The notes beneath the pieces were generated by a model. That model was not told where the DNA came from, made no database searches, and saw only the letters and a list, made by a program, of their open reading frames with translations. A DNA stretch of 64,000 bases, taken from NCBI GenBank assembly GCA_040396875.1, contig JBBAWZ010000001.1, forward strand, positions 174,198-238,197, written 5' to 3'. Position 1 is the first letter of the stretch; each line of letters opens with the position of its first letter. Origin of the DNA: Bacilli bacterium (GTDB taxonomy: Bacteria > Bacillota_I > Bacilli_A > RFN20 > CAG-826). The translations under genes were made by a program, and so were the position numbers. Of this stretch, positions 48,240-55,916 are shown piece after piece.

Positions 48240-49496
48240 TTATTTCTGCTTTCTCATTGCAGCGACATACAATGCTGTATTTAGTTTATCAAAAGGCAAA
48301 TACTGAAACTCTTGAATGAGCTTGAAAGCAGGATGTGCCGTCAAGAATTCTGCGATCAAATATTTTCCTTCTTTATGATTAAGTGTGTTGACGCCGTAGA
48401 AAAGCAATCCACCTTCTTCGACAAATTGACTTGCTTCATGGATTGCAGATTGCTGACTGGTAATCAAAGTATCAAGTTCTTCTTGTTGAAATTGGATGAA
48501 GAAATCTGGAAGAGAACGAATTAAATCAAATTTTGAACATTGGGGGACCACCATGACAACATCTTGTTGTTTTGATAAATGGGTTATTAAACCTTTGGGT
48601 TCTGCTTCATACAAAGAAATATTTTGAAGTTGAAACGCTTGTAAGGATTTTTGCATCGCTAATTTTCTTTCAACCGAGTTCGTCGCAATGTTAATTTTTA
48701 TTTGTTGCTCAGTATAAATGGGTAATTCTAAATACAAGGCCTGAGGTCTTGTTTCGACCAATAACATTTCACCTTTAACATTGTCAAAACTAAATTGTTT
48801 GACGATATCCGTGACTGCAAGTCGTTGTTGAAAAATTAAATTTTTAACATATGCTGGATGATTTTTTAAAGGTTCTTTTGCTTGATAAATGACAGTATCT
48901 TCAACGGGTGTTGTTATGAGGTCTGGATAGGTGGAAAGTAATTTCTCAGTGGTAATTCTTAAAGTATTGACACGGCATGCTTGCAATACCGGTTTATTAT
49001 TGGTGGATAAAATCTTAAGAGTGATTGGAAAACCAAAGTGTTTAATCCACATTTGAACTAACCAATCAGGCGTATTATATTTAATTGCTAAATATGGTAC
49101 TGAGTTTTCCTTTAAATTGGGGTCGATTAGATTTTTTCCTGGACCTGCTAAATTGATGATGGTTTCTATTCTACTTTCAGGGATTTGTTTTTCTTTGAGA
49201 AAGTCCTTTAAAAATGAAATCGTCAACTCATGTGGCATGCGTTTTACAAATACATTGTTGCCAATCGCCGTTTGAACAATATAACGATCTTCTAGTGCTA
49301 ATTCAGGAATAAATCGTTGGCTAAAGTGATCGAGTAAACGATGGTGATGTAATTCACAACTCGTTAACGAACGAATCAATCCTTGAGAAACGGATTTAGG
49401 AGCAGTGGCTAATCCAGACTTTAAAGCATCAGAAAATTGAATTTTCTCATTGATAATTTGATGTAGAATTTGACTCACTAAGATATATTCAATCAT
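48240..49496 (-). CDS. RsmB/Sun-like protein with NusB-like N-domain but apparently degenerate methyltransferase motifs
   Basis: 418 aa in the syntenic rsmB slot upstream of rlmN. By eye, motif I (CAAPGGK) is replaced by VETRPQA, motif IV DAPCSG becomes VVPQCSK, and motif VI TCS becomes NTL. Confidence 0.65.
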   Translation of the reverse strand: MIEYILVSQILHQIINEKIQFSDALKSGLATAPKSVSQGLIRSLTSCELHHHRLLDHFSQRFIPELALEDRYIVQTAIGNNVFVKRMPHELTISFLKDFLKEKQIPESRIETIINLAGPGKNLIDPNLKENSVPYLAIKYNTPDWLVQMWIKHFGFPITLKILSTNNKPVLQACRVNTLRITTEKLLSTYPDLITTPVEDTVIYQAKEPLKNHPAYVKNLIFQQRLAVTDIVKQFSFDNVKGEMLLVETRPQALYLELPIYTEQQIKINIATNSVERKLAMQKSLQAFQLQNISLYEAEPKGLITHLSKQQDVVMVVPQCSKFDLIRSLPDFFIQFQQEELDTLITSQQSAIHEASQFVEEGGLLFYGVNTLNHKEGKYLIAEFLTAHPAFKLIQEFQYLPFDKLNTALYVAAMRKQK

Positions 49497-49514
49497 GGGG
49501 ATTTACGTTGATGA

Positions 49515-50015
49515 TTAAGCAATTTTTTTCTTTTTGGTTTTTGAAGAGGTAACTTCCCGATTAAGTTTTTCTAATTCAGTTTCTTTACCGGCAAAAATAT
49601 TACCGTGGTAAATTTCAATATTCTTATCCGTTTCTTCTTCTTCAACTTCTTGCTCAATTGCAACTTCATTGGTTTCATTGACAAAAAGAGGATAATCCTT
49701 TTGAATAAAAGTGGAAACCGAATTCGGTTTTTGAAGAATAAATTCAAAGTGAATATGAATAGTGTTATCTTTTAGAGCCTTGATGAACATCGCGCGTAGT
49801 CCTTCTTGGACATGAGCTAACGTTTCGGGCATAGAAATTTTAATAAATGTATGCCAAGCATTTTGATCGACGCCAGCATGAAAGAGTAAGGTTTCATGGA
49901 CAGAAAAAAATAAACTATTTTCATCCATTTTAGTTAGTTGAACAATGGGTTTTTGTAGTTCGCGGCTCAGGGTCGCTACCACATATTTATCTAATCCAAA
50001 AATTTCGATATGCAT
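49515..50015 (-). CDS. hypothetical protein with acidic then Lys-rich tail
   Basis: 166 aa. The SD GAGGA is 6 nt upstream of the ATG. The N-terminal ~100 aa loosely resemble small DUF1904/tautomerase-like proteins by eye. The tail is EQEVEEEETD...SSKTKKKKIA. Confidence 0.5.
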   Translation of the reverse strand: MHIEIFGLDKYVVATLSRELQKPIVQLTKMDENSLFFSVHETLLFHAGVDQNAWHTFIKISMPETLAHVQEGLRAMFIKALKDNTIHIHFEFILQKPNSVSTFIQKDYPLFVNETNEVAIEQEVEEEETDKNIEIYHGNIFAGKETELEKLNREVTSSKTKKKKIA

Positions 50016-50058
50016 GCTTCATCCTCATCTTCCATATTTTAATCTAAAAATATAAAAA

Positions 50059-50083
50059 ATGATATGAAAAGCTCACATATCAT
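50059..50083 (-). terminator. weak AT-rich hairpin + U-run overlapping the priA stop (candidate attenuating terminator)
   Basis: The minus strand reads ATGATATG-tgagctttt-CATATCAT followed by TTTTTTATATTTTT. The 8-bp stem has a single G-C pair and the priA TGA sits in the loop. Confidence 0.3.
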
Positions 50084-52274
50084 ATGGATCGAGATTAAAT
50101 AAAATTTTCACCGTTTTCTTTGTTAAGAGTAATGGATAAATCGTTTCTAAAATTGGATGAAGCAATTGATACTTTTTATACTTCAATAAAATTCGTCTTC
50201 GATAGACGCCAGCATAGAATTCAGGGTATGGAATATTAGGGCCAATCACTTCTGCAACATTTTCTAATTGGGTTTTTAAAGATTGTTCTAATTCAAGGGC
50301 TACTTCATCAACTAAATTTTGATCTCTGCTCGTTAATTCAAATCTCGCTAAAAAAGTAAAGGGTGGGTACTGCCTTAGCTTTCTATCTTTCATCTCGCGT
50401 TCATAAAAAGATGGATAATCCTGTTTAGCTCCTAATTGAATGGCGTGATGGTTTGGCATCGTGGTTTGAATAATAGCTTCTCCTGGTTGAGTGCCTCTAC
50501 CAGTTCTTCCAACGACTTGGGCAATCAATTGAAAGGTTCTTTCCGTTGCTCGGTAGTGTGGGACATGCAAGCCTAAGTCTGCGAGCATCACACCGACTAA
50601 CGTGACATTCGGAAAATCATGGCCCTTGGCAACCATCTGCGTGCCCACCAAAATATCAATTTTTTTCTCTTGAAATTGTTTGAGTATGTTCGTAACATTT
50701 GACCGAACGCCGGTCATATCTGTATCGAGTCTAGCAATATTTGCTTCAGGGAATAAACGCTGTAATGAACTCACAACTTTTTCAGTGCCAAATCCTTCCT
50801 TCATCAATTGATGACCTTGGCAAGAAGGACACTGAGTTGGTAAGGTTTCAAGGTGGTCACAATAATGACATTTCAAACTATTGATTTGAGCATGATAGGC
50901 TAAAGGCACCTGACAAGATGGACATGTAAAACGATATTCACATTGACGGCAAACAATACTCTGAGCAAAACCTCGACGATTGATCAGAAGGATAACTTGT
51001 TCTTTTGTGCTCAAACGTTTCTTTATTCCATCCAATAAGCGTTGGGAAAAAATACTATCTTGATTGGAAAGATATTGAGTTTGGTTCATATCAACGATGT
51101 GTGTTGTCGGTGAGAATTGGTCAAAGATTCTTTTTGATAACATCAAGTGTTGATAAATACCTTTTTGGGCTCTTGCTCGCGATTCTAATGAGGGTGTCGC
51201 TGTTCCCATCACTAATAAACATTGATGAAATTGCCGACGCCATAAAGCAATTTCACGAGCATGATAATAGGGCGGTGTGTCTTGTTTATAAGTTTCAGAA
51301 TGTTCTTCATCTAATACAATCAAACCAATTTTTTCTAAAGGAGCAAAAATTGCAGATCGAGCACCAACGACCACCAACACTTCACCTCTTAAAATTCTTC
51401 GGTATTCATCAAATTTTTCTGCAGGTGTTAATCCTGAGTGTAGAATCGCTACTTTTTCTCCAAATCGTTGATGATAATAACTCATCATCACAGGTGTTAA
51501 AGCTATTTCGGGAACAATCATCAACACTGTCTGATTTTGTTTGATAACTTGTTCGGACAACGTCAGATAAACTTCGGTTTTTCCACTCCCCGTTACCCCT
51601 TCGAGTAAAAATATTTTTTGAGAACTTTGATGGATTTCCTTTAAAACTTGCTGTTGATCAATCGAAAGCGTTGGTTTAGTATCAACCTTAATTGGCTTAA
51701 AGTCAAAACGACGCTTTTCTATTTTTTCTAATCTTGCAAAACCTTCCTCAACAAAAAATTTTATTGCCGCCTTACTTTTAATTTCATGGGTCCTGACTTT
51801 ATTAAATCCTTTAACTAATGCCCACCAATTTCTTTGGTGTGCATTTAGCAATGTTACGTCAGGTTCTTTGATAAAGACTAGCCAATCCTCATAAGCAACT
51901 TTGGGACCACGTAGACTTTGCTTACTCGGGAACAAGGATGGTGGAAGCATCGCTTGAAGTAATCCTATTTTTGATGAAAATTGTTGGGTTGCTAATTCAT
52001 CAACTAAGGTCAATAGTTCAATAGAAAGTATAGGCTTTTCATCGAGAAGCTCTGTGACTTCTAAAATAGGATAAGGACTGGAAGCTTGGTAAGTTTTGAA
52101 ATCTTCAATTAGTTTGGATTCTGTCACATATCCAATTAAGGATTGCTGACGAAAAGGCACACGAACCCTAATGCCTTTTTGAGGTATGATGGGACCATGA
52201 TAAACGTAGGTAAAAGGACGATTTAGTTGTTGTAATTGATGCTCAATAAAGACCTCAAGTAGATAGGCCTTCAT
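50073..52274 (-). CDS. priA: primosomal replication-restart helicase PriA
   Basis: 733 aa with Walker A GVTGSGKTEVY, DEEH, and Cys4 zinc modules (CRQCEYRFTCPSC...CHYCDH...CPSC). Confidence 0.95.
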   Translation of the reverse strand: MKAYLLEVFIEHQLQQLNRPFTYVYHGPIIPQKGIRVRVPFRQQSLIGYVTESKLIEDFKTYQASSPYPILEVTELLDEKPILSIELLTLVDELATQQFSSKIGLLQAMLPPSLFPSKQSLRGPKVAYEDWLVFIKEPDVTLLNAHQRNWWALVKGFNKVRTHEIKSKAAIKFFVEEGFARLEKIEKRRFDFKPIKVDTKPTLSIDQQQVLKEIHQSSQKIFLLEGVTGSGKTEVYLTLSEQVIKQNQTVLMIVPEIALTPVMMSYYHQRFGEKVAILHSGLTPAEKFDEYRRILRGEVLVVVGARSAIFAPLEKIGLIVLDEEHSETYKQDTPPYYHAREIALWRRQFHQCLLVMGTATPSLESRARAQKGIYQHLMLSKRIFDQFSPTTHIVDMNQTQYLSNQDSIFSQRLLDGIKKRLSTKEQVILLINRRGFAQSIVCRQCEYRFTCPSCQVPLAYHAQINSLKCHYCDHLETLPTQCPSCQGHQLMKEGFGTEKVVSSLQRLFPEANIARLDTDMTGVRSNVTNILKQFQEKKIDILVGTQMVAKGHDFPNVTLVGVMLADLGLHVPHYRATERTFQLIAQVVGRTGRGTQPGEAIIQTTMPNHHAIQLGAKQDYPSFYEREMKDRKLRQYPPFTFLARFELTSRDQNLVDEVALELEQSLKTQLENVAEVIGPNIPYPEFYAGVYRRRILLKYKKYQLLHPILETIYPLLLTKKTVKILFNLDPYDM

Positions 52275-52852
52275 GATTGCATTGTTAACATTCTTTCTTT
52301 AATAATATCGATGATTTGTTGACTGGTTTTTTCGACATCATCATTGACAACCAAATATTGATAATCATGATGAAGATTCATTTCGCGTCTTGCTTTAGCA
52401 AGGCGTTCTTGAATAATCATTTCTGATTCAGTTTTACGTTTACGAATTCTCGCTTCGAGTGCTTCAAAAGAGGGTGGCATTAAAAAGATGGTTACCAATC
52501 CAGGTCCCGTTGCTTTTGCCATCACTTGCTTAGCCCCATTAATTTCGATTTCGAGTAAGACATTTTTTCCCGCTTGTCTTAACTTTTGAATTTCAGCTTT
52601 TGGAGTACCATAGCGATTACCAACAAACTCAGCCCACTCTAATAATTGATTTTCCTGAATGGCTTTTTGAAAAGTGGATTGATTCACAAAAAAATAATCT
52701 TTTCCGTCCACTTCTCCAGGTCTCATCGCGCGAGTTGTCATTGAAACTGAATAAATCAAATTCAGTGAAGGATCTTGCATAATTCTTTTACGAATTGTAC
52801 CTTTACCTACCCCAGATGGACCACTTAAAATAATTAATAAACCAGGCTTCAT
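52271..52852 (-). CDS. gmk: guanylate kinase
   Basis: 193 aa with LSGPSGVGKGT, TTRAMRPGEVDGKDYFF and EWAEFVGNRYGT. Confidence 0.95.
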   Translation of the reverse strand: MKPGLLIILSGPSGVGKGTIRKRIMQDPSLNLIYSVSMTTRAMRPGEVDGKDYFFVNQSTFQKAIQENQLLEWAEFVGNRYGTPKAEIQKLRQAGKNVLLEIEINGAKQVMAKATGPGLVTIFLMPPSFEALEARIRKRKTESEMIIQERLAKARREMNLHHDYQYLVVNDDVEKTSQQIIDIIKERMLTMQS

Positions 52853-52907
52853 AGATTATCAAAATTATCTTATGAATAACGCTAAAAGTCAATCAAACCT
52901 TCGCTTA

Positions 52908-52916
52908 TGATATACT
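52908..52916 (+). promoter_or_regulatory. extended -10 (TGATATACT) 6 nt upstream of the RqcH-like ATG (leaderless-type geometry)
   Basis: TTATGATATACTTTTTTCATG. There is no SD. Confidence 0.4.
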
Positions 52917-52922
52917 TTTTTC

Positions 52923-54206
52923 ATGATTGATAAGACTGATTCAATGGAGACTATTTGGTCTCAATTAACCAATCAAATTATTCAACATGTGTATAGCATT
53001 AAACCCTATTTTTGGGTTTTCACCATGCGTGCAAAGTCCAATGGTTTATTGATTCTTAATTTGCAAAACGAGCATCCAGTTTTTTCAATTCAAAACAAGA
53101 ATGATGCTGCATTATTTTCAAATTTTTCAGAACTTGGTCTGACAGACAAATTAAAGGGTTTTCAAATCGATAAAGTCAAGATTGCCGAGGATCAATCGGT
53201 AATCATGTCATTAACAAGTGAAAATCAAACGTTTTCATTGAAATTTCAATTAGCCCCTTATGCTCCAAGGTTCCAATTAATTCAATTTGATGAAATTTTG
53301 TATGACTCTATTTTAGGTTGGCAACCCAAAGATAAGATCAAATCAAAGCCTGCCATCTTAAGCGTGGACCACTCATTGGATATTGAATGGATCATTCGAT
53401 ATTCGTATTCAATGGATTATCTTCAAATCATTAAAAAAACTTTGATACGTAAGGTTAAGCGACAAGAGGCTTTAGAAAACGATCTTAAGACTCACGAAAG
53501 TTCGCTTGGTTACCAATCCATCGCCGAAGCGATTCAATCTCAACCCAACCAATCTTGGTTAACCTATGCTAATCCTTATCAACTTCCTCCCCCACACATA
53601 AACTTTAAGACGGATTTTTCGGGAATCGATGAATTGTTTGAACTTTATAAAAAAGCAAAAAAAGGTATCAAGCAAACCCAAATGCAAATGAAACTTAATC
53701 TAGCGTTTATAGAAACCCTTCATCCTTTTTCAAAGTTGGTACCGCCATTATCTGAAAAAGATTTGTCCCTCTTGAAATCTTTTCTTGAAAAAGAACATCT
53801 GTTAAGTGGAATAGAAAGTAAACCCACGGAAGTTCTTCATCATTCTCCATATTATGTTGAATATCACGGTGTTCGTTTCTCCTATGGTAAAAATGCAAAA
53901 CAAAACCATCAATTAACATTTTCAATTGCGAAAAAAAGTGATATCTTCATGCATATTGAAGGGAAACCTGGCAGTCACCTGATTATGCATCATTCCCAAT
54001 TTGATCATGACTTATTAATTAAAGGAGCTCAGCTCGTCTTGGCGTTAGCAAAACAAATCGCGGGAACAGTGACATATGCAAAAGTTGGTTCATTAAAGCA
54101 AACAAAAACATTAGGCCTTGTGTTGATCAAAGATTCAAAAACAATCAAAGCTAATGCTGATCCTGAATTTAGCAATAAACTCCTTGAAAATTCAAAGCGT
54201 TATTGA
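52923..54206 (+). CDS. shortened RqcH/NFACT-family (FbpA-like) ribosome quality-control protein homologue
   Basis: 427 aa with a C-terminal NFACT-R/DUF814 motif (DIFMHIEGKPGSHLIMHH, compared with B. subtilis DIWLHTKDIPGSHVVI). The N-terminal NFACT-N-like region is present and the middle coiled coil is much shorter than in the 570-aa Bacillus protein. Confidence 0.65.
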   Translation: MIDKTDSMETIWSQLTNQIIQHVYSIKPYFWVFTMRAKSNGLLILNLQNEHPVFSIQNKNDAALFSNFSELGLTDKLKGFQIDKVKIAEDQSVIMSLTSENQTFSLKFQLAPYAPRFQLIQFDEILYDSILGWQPKDKIKSKPAILSVDHSLDIEWIIRYSYSMDYLQIIKKTLIRKVKRQEALENDLKTHESSLGYQSIAEAIQSQPNQSWLTYANPYQLPPPHINFKTDFSGIDELFELYKKAKKGIKQTQMQMKLNLAFIETLHPFSKLVPPLSEKDLSLLKSFLEKEHLLSGIESKPTEVLHHSPYYVEYHGVRFSYGKNAKQNHQLTFSIAKKSDIFMHIEGKPGSHLIMHHSQFDHDLLIKGAQLVLALAKQIAGTVTYAKVGSLKQTKTLGLVLIKDSKTIKANADPEFSNKLLENSKRY

Positions 54207-54721
54207 TTGAGTTTATTTTTAAGAAAATCTTCGCCTTTTAGTGTTTCTTTGGTCGCTAATCCGGAAAATTTTTGTTGTCTCAATGCCTCATAAAGGACTA
54301 ACGCTACACAATTTGAAAGATTGAGACTTCTTGCGAGTATACTCATCGGAATTCGATAGAGGTTTTCTTGGTTAGATTTTAAAATTTGATCCGTCAAGCC
54401 ACTTGATTCGGAACCAAACAAAAAGTAATGATTCAAGGTGGAATCACTCACCGGCATGTCCGTATAAAGTTTAGTTCCATAACGTGTGATGCAATATAGT
54501 GTGGGATGTTGATTAGATTCCATAAAATGTTCAAAAGAATCATAGTAAACATAATCAAGATGTTCACGATAATCTAATCCAGTACGTTTGATCGTTTCGT
54601 CGTTTAACTTAAATGGTAAAGGGCCAATTATATGAAGTTTGGCTTCAATAGCCATAACTGTTCGCATGATATTGCCTGTATTCTGAGGAATTTCGGGGTG
54701 AAAAAGAACCACATGGTTCAT
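54200..54721 (-). CDS. trmL: SpoU-family tRNA (cytidine/uridine-2'-O)-methyltransferase TrmL-like
   Basis: 173 aa with VVLFHPEIPQNTGNIMRT, FGSESSGL and LNLSNCVALVLYEALRQ. Confidence 0.8.
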   Translation of the reverse strand: MNHVVLFHPEIPQNTGNIMRTVMAIEAKLHIIGPLPFKLNDETIKRTGLDYREHLDYVYYDSFEHFMESNQHPTLYCITRYGTKLYTDMPVSDSTLNHYFLFGSESSGLTDQILKSNQENLYRIPMSILARSLNLSNCVALVLYEALRQQKFSGLATKETLKGEDFLKNKLNQ

Positions 54722-54729
54722 AGACTTAA

Positions 54730-55260
54730 TTAACCTTCAAAATGTTCTTCGTATGATTTAATACTATGTTTAATAATTTCGATAGCCATTTGTTTGCCTT
54801 CAACTTGAGAAACAAATGTATCTTTACCTTCTAACATCTTATAAACCTGAAAGAAGTGACGCATTTCATTAAAAACGTGATCAGGAATATCCTTTAAATC
54901 CTTATAGGAACTAAAGACTGGATCGGATACTGAAATCGCAATAATTTTTTCATCAACCGTACCATTATCAATCATCTTAAAGACACCAATTGGATAGCAT
55001 TCTACAAGCGATAAGGGTTGGATGGATTCAGAACATAGTACAAGCACATCAAGTGGATCTAAATCGCCAGCATAAGTTTTAGGAATAAAACCATAATTTT
55101 GTGGATAGTGGGTAGATGTAAATAACACACGGTCAAGAATTAAAGCCCCGGTTTCTTTATCCAATTCATATTTGTTTTTGGACCCTTTTGAAATTTCAAT
55201 ACAAGCAAGAAATTTTTCTGGATTAATCCTTTTTTTTGAAACGTCATGCCATATATTCAT
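54730..55260 (-). CDS. ppa: family I inorganic pyrophosphatase
   Basis: 176 aa with EISKGSKNKYE, YPQNYGFIP and DGDPLDVLVL-like DLDPLDVLVL. Confidence 0.95.
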   Translation of the reverse strand: MNIWHDVSKKRINPEKFLACIEISKGSKNKYELDKETGALILDRVLFTSTHYPQNYGFIPKTYAGDLDPLDVLVLCSESIQPLSLVECYPIGVFKMIDNGTVDEKIIAISVSDPVFSSYKDLKDIPDHVFNEMRHFFQVYKMLEGKDTFVSQVEGKQMAIEIIKHSIKSYEEHFEG

Positions 55261-55313
55261 AGTTGACCTCTTCTAATTATTATAAACAGAACAAGGCTTT
55301 TTGTTGTCACTAA

Positions 55314-55322
55314 TGCTATAAT
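55314..55322 (+). promoter_or_regulatory. extended -10 (TGCTATAAT) 9 nt upstream of the lipoprotein ATG (leaderless-type geometry)
   Basis: AATGCTATAATTTTTAAAATATG. There is no SD. Confidence 0.45.
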
Positions 55323-55331
55323 TTTTAAAAT

Positions 55332-55826
55332 ATGAAGGCTAAATTAATCATTTTATTTACTGCAATTCTTATGATTACTTCATGTGTTTCGAATAATCAG
55401 GTTGTCGAGATTGCCAATAATCCAAACTTACCGAACACCCTTGAAAATAATGACTCCATGGATACATGGACGAATAGACTAGATGTTGAATCTTTAAGTG
55501 TTCTTCAAGCATCAAATGAATCCTTTATGTTATATCTAGGAAATCCGACTTGTAGTAGTTGCACTAGATTTCAACCTCAATTAAAGACATGGATTCTCGA
55601 AACGAGTGCAAAGGTTTATTATCTTGATACGCTCGAACAACTTCACCAATTAAGTACCATCCAAGAGCAATTTCCAAATTATTTCCCGGAAGGTTTTTCA
55701 ACACCAGTGCTATATGTCTTAAATGGCGAAGAAAGAATTCATCGCATTGGCCAATCAGAAGCATTTTTTTCATATCCGAGATTCAAAGCTTTAATGGCAA
55801 GTTACGTTTCCATTGCAGAATCGTAG
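55332..55826 (+). CDS. thioredoxin-fold lipoprotein (CxxC)
   Basis: The signal peptide with lipobox is MKAKLIILFTAILMITS|C. The CxxC site lies in GNPTCSSCTRFQP. Confidence 0.7.
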   Translation: MKAKLIILFTAILMITSCVSNNQVVEIANNPNLPNTLENNDSMDTWTNRLDVESLSVLQASNESFMLYLGNPTCSSCTRFQPQLKTWILETSAKVYYLDTLEQLHQLSTIQEQFPNYFPEGFSTPVLYVLNGEERIHRIGQSEAFFSYPRFKALMASYVSIAES

Positions 55827-55888
55827 AGTTCTTTAAACGATTCAACAGTTTTAGCTATTGATTTGGTCAAAATGATTTATAATTTAAT

Positions 55889-55907
55889 GTTTCCCACGTA
55901 ATGGGAA
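55889..55907 (+). other. 7-bp hairpin TTTCCCA-cgtaa-TGGGAAA abutting the SD of the next gene
   Basis: Seen directly in the sequence. The 3' arm overlaps the first A of AAGGAG. There is no U-run, so it is not a typical terminator. Confidence 0.3.
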
Positions 55908-55916
55908 AAGGAGCAA

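Noticed and set aside
49515-50072. Conclusion that the organism lacks def/fmt
   Set aside because: I can only see that they are absent from the canonical priA-rsmB slot in this window. They may be encoded elsewhere, so no genome-level claim is made.
51005-51544. 179-aa ORF on the + strand, the longest unexplained ORF in the track
   Set aside because: It lies entirely antisense to the well-supported priA helicase core. It has no SD, has a low-complexity hydrophobic/Leu-Phe-rich composition typical of antisense frames in AT-rich genes, and shows no recognisable motif.
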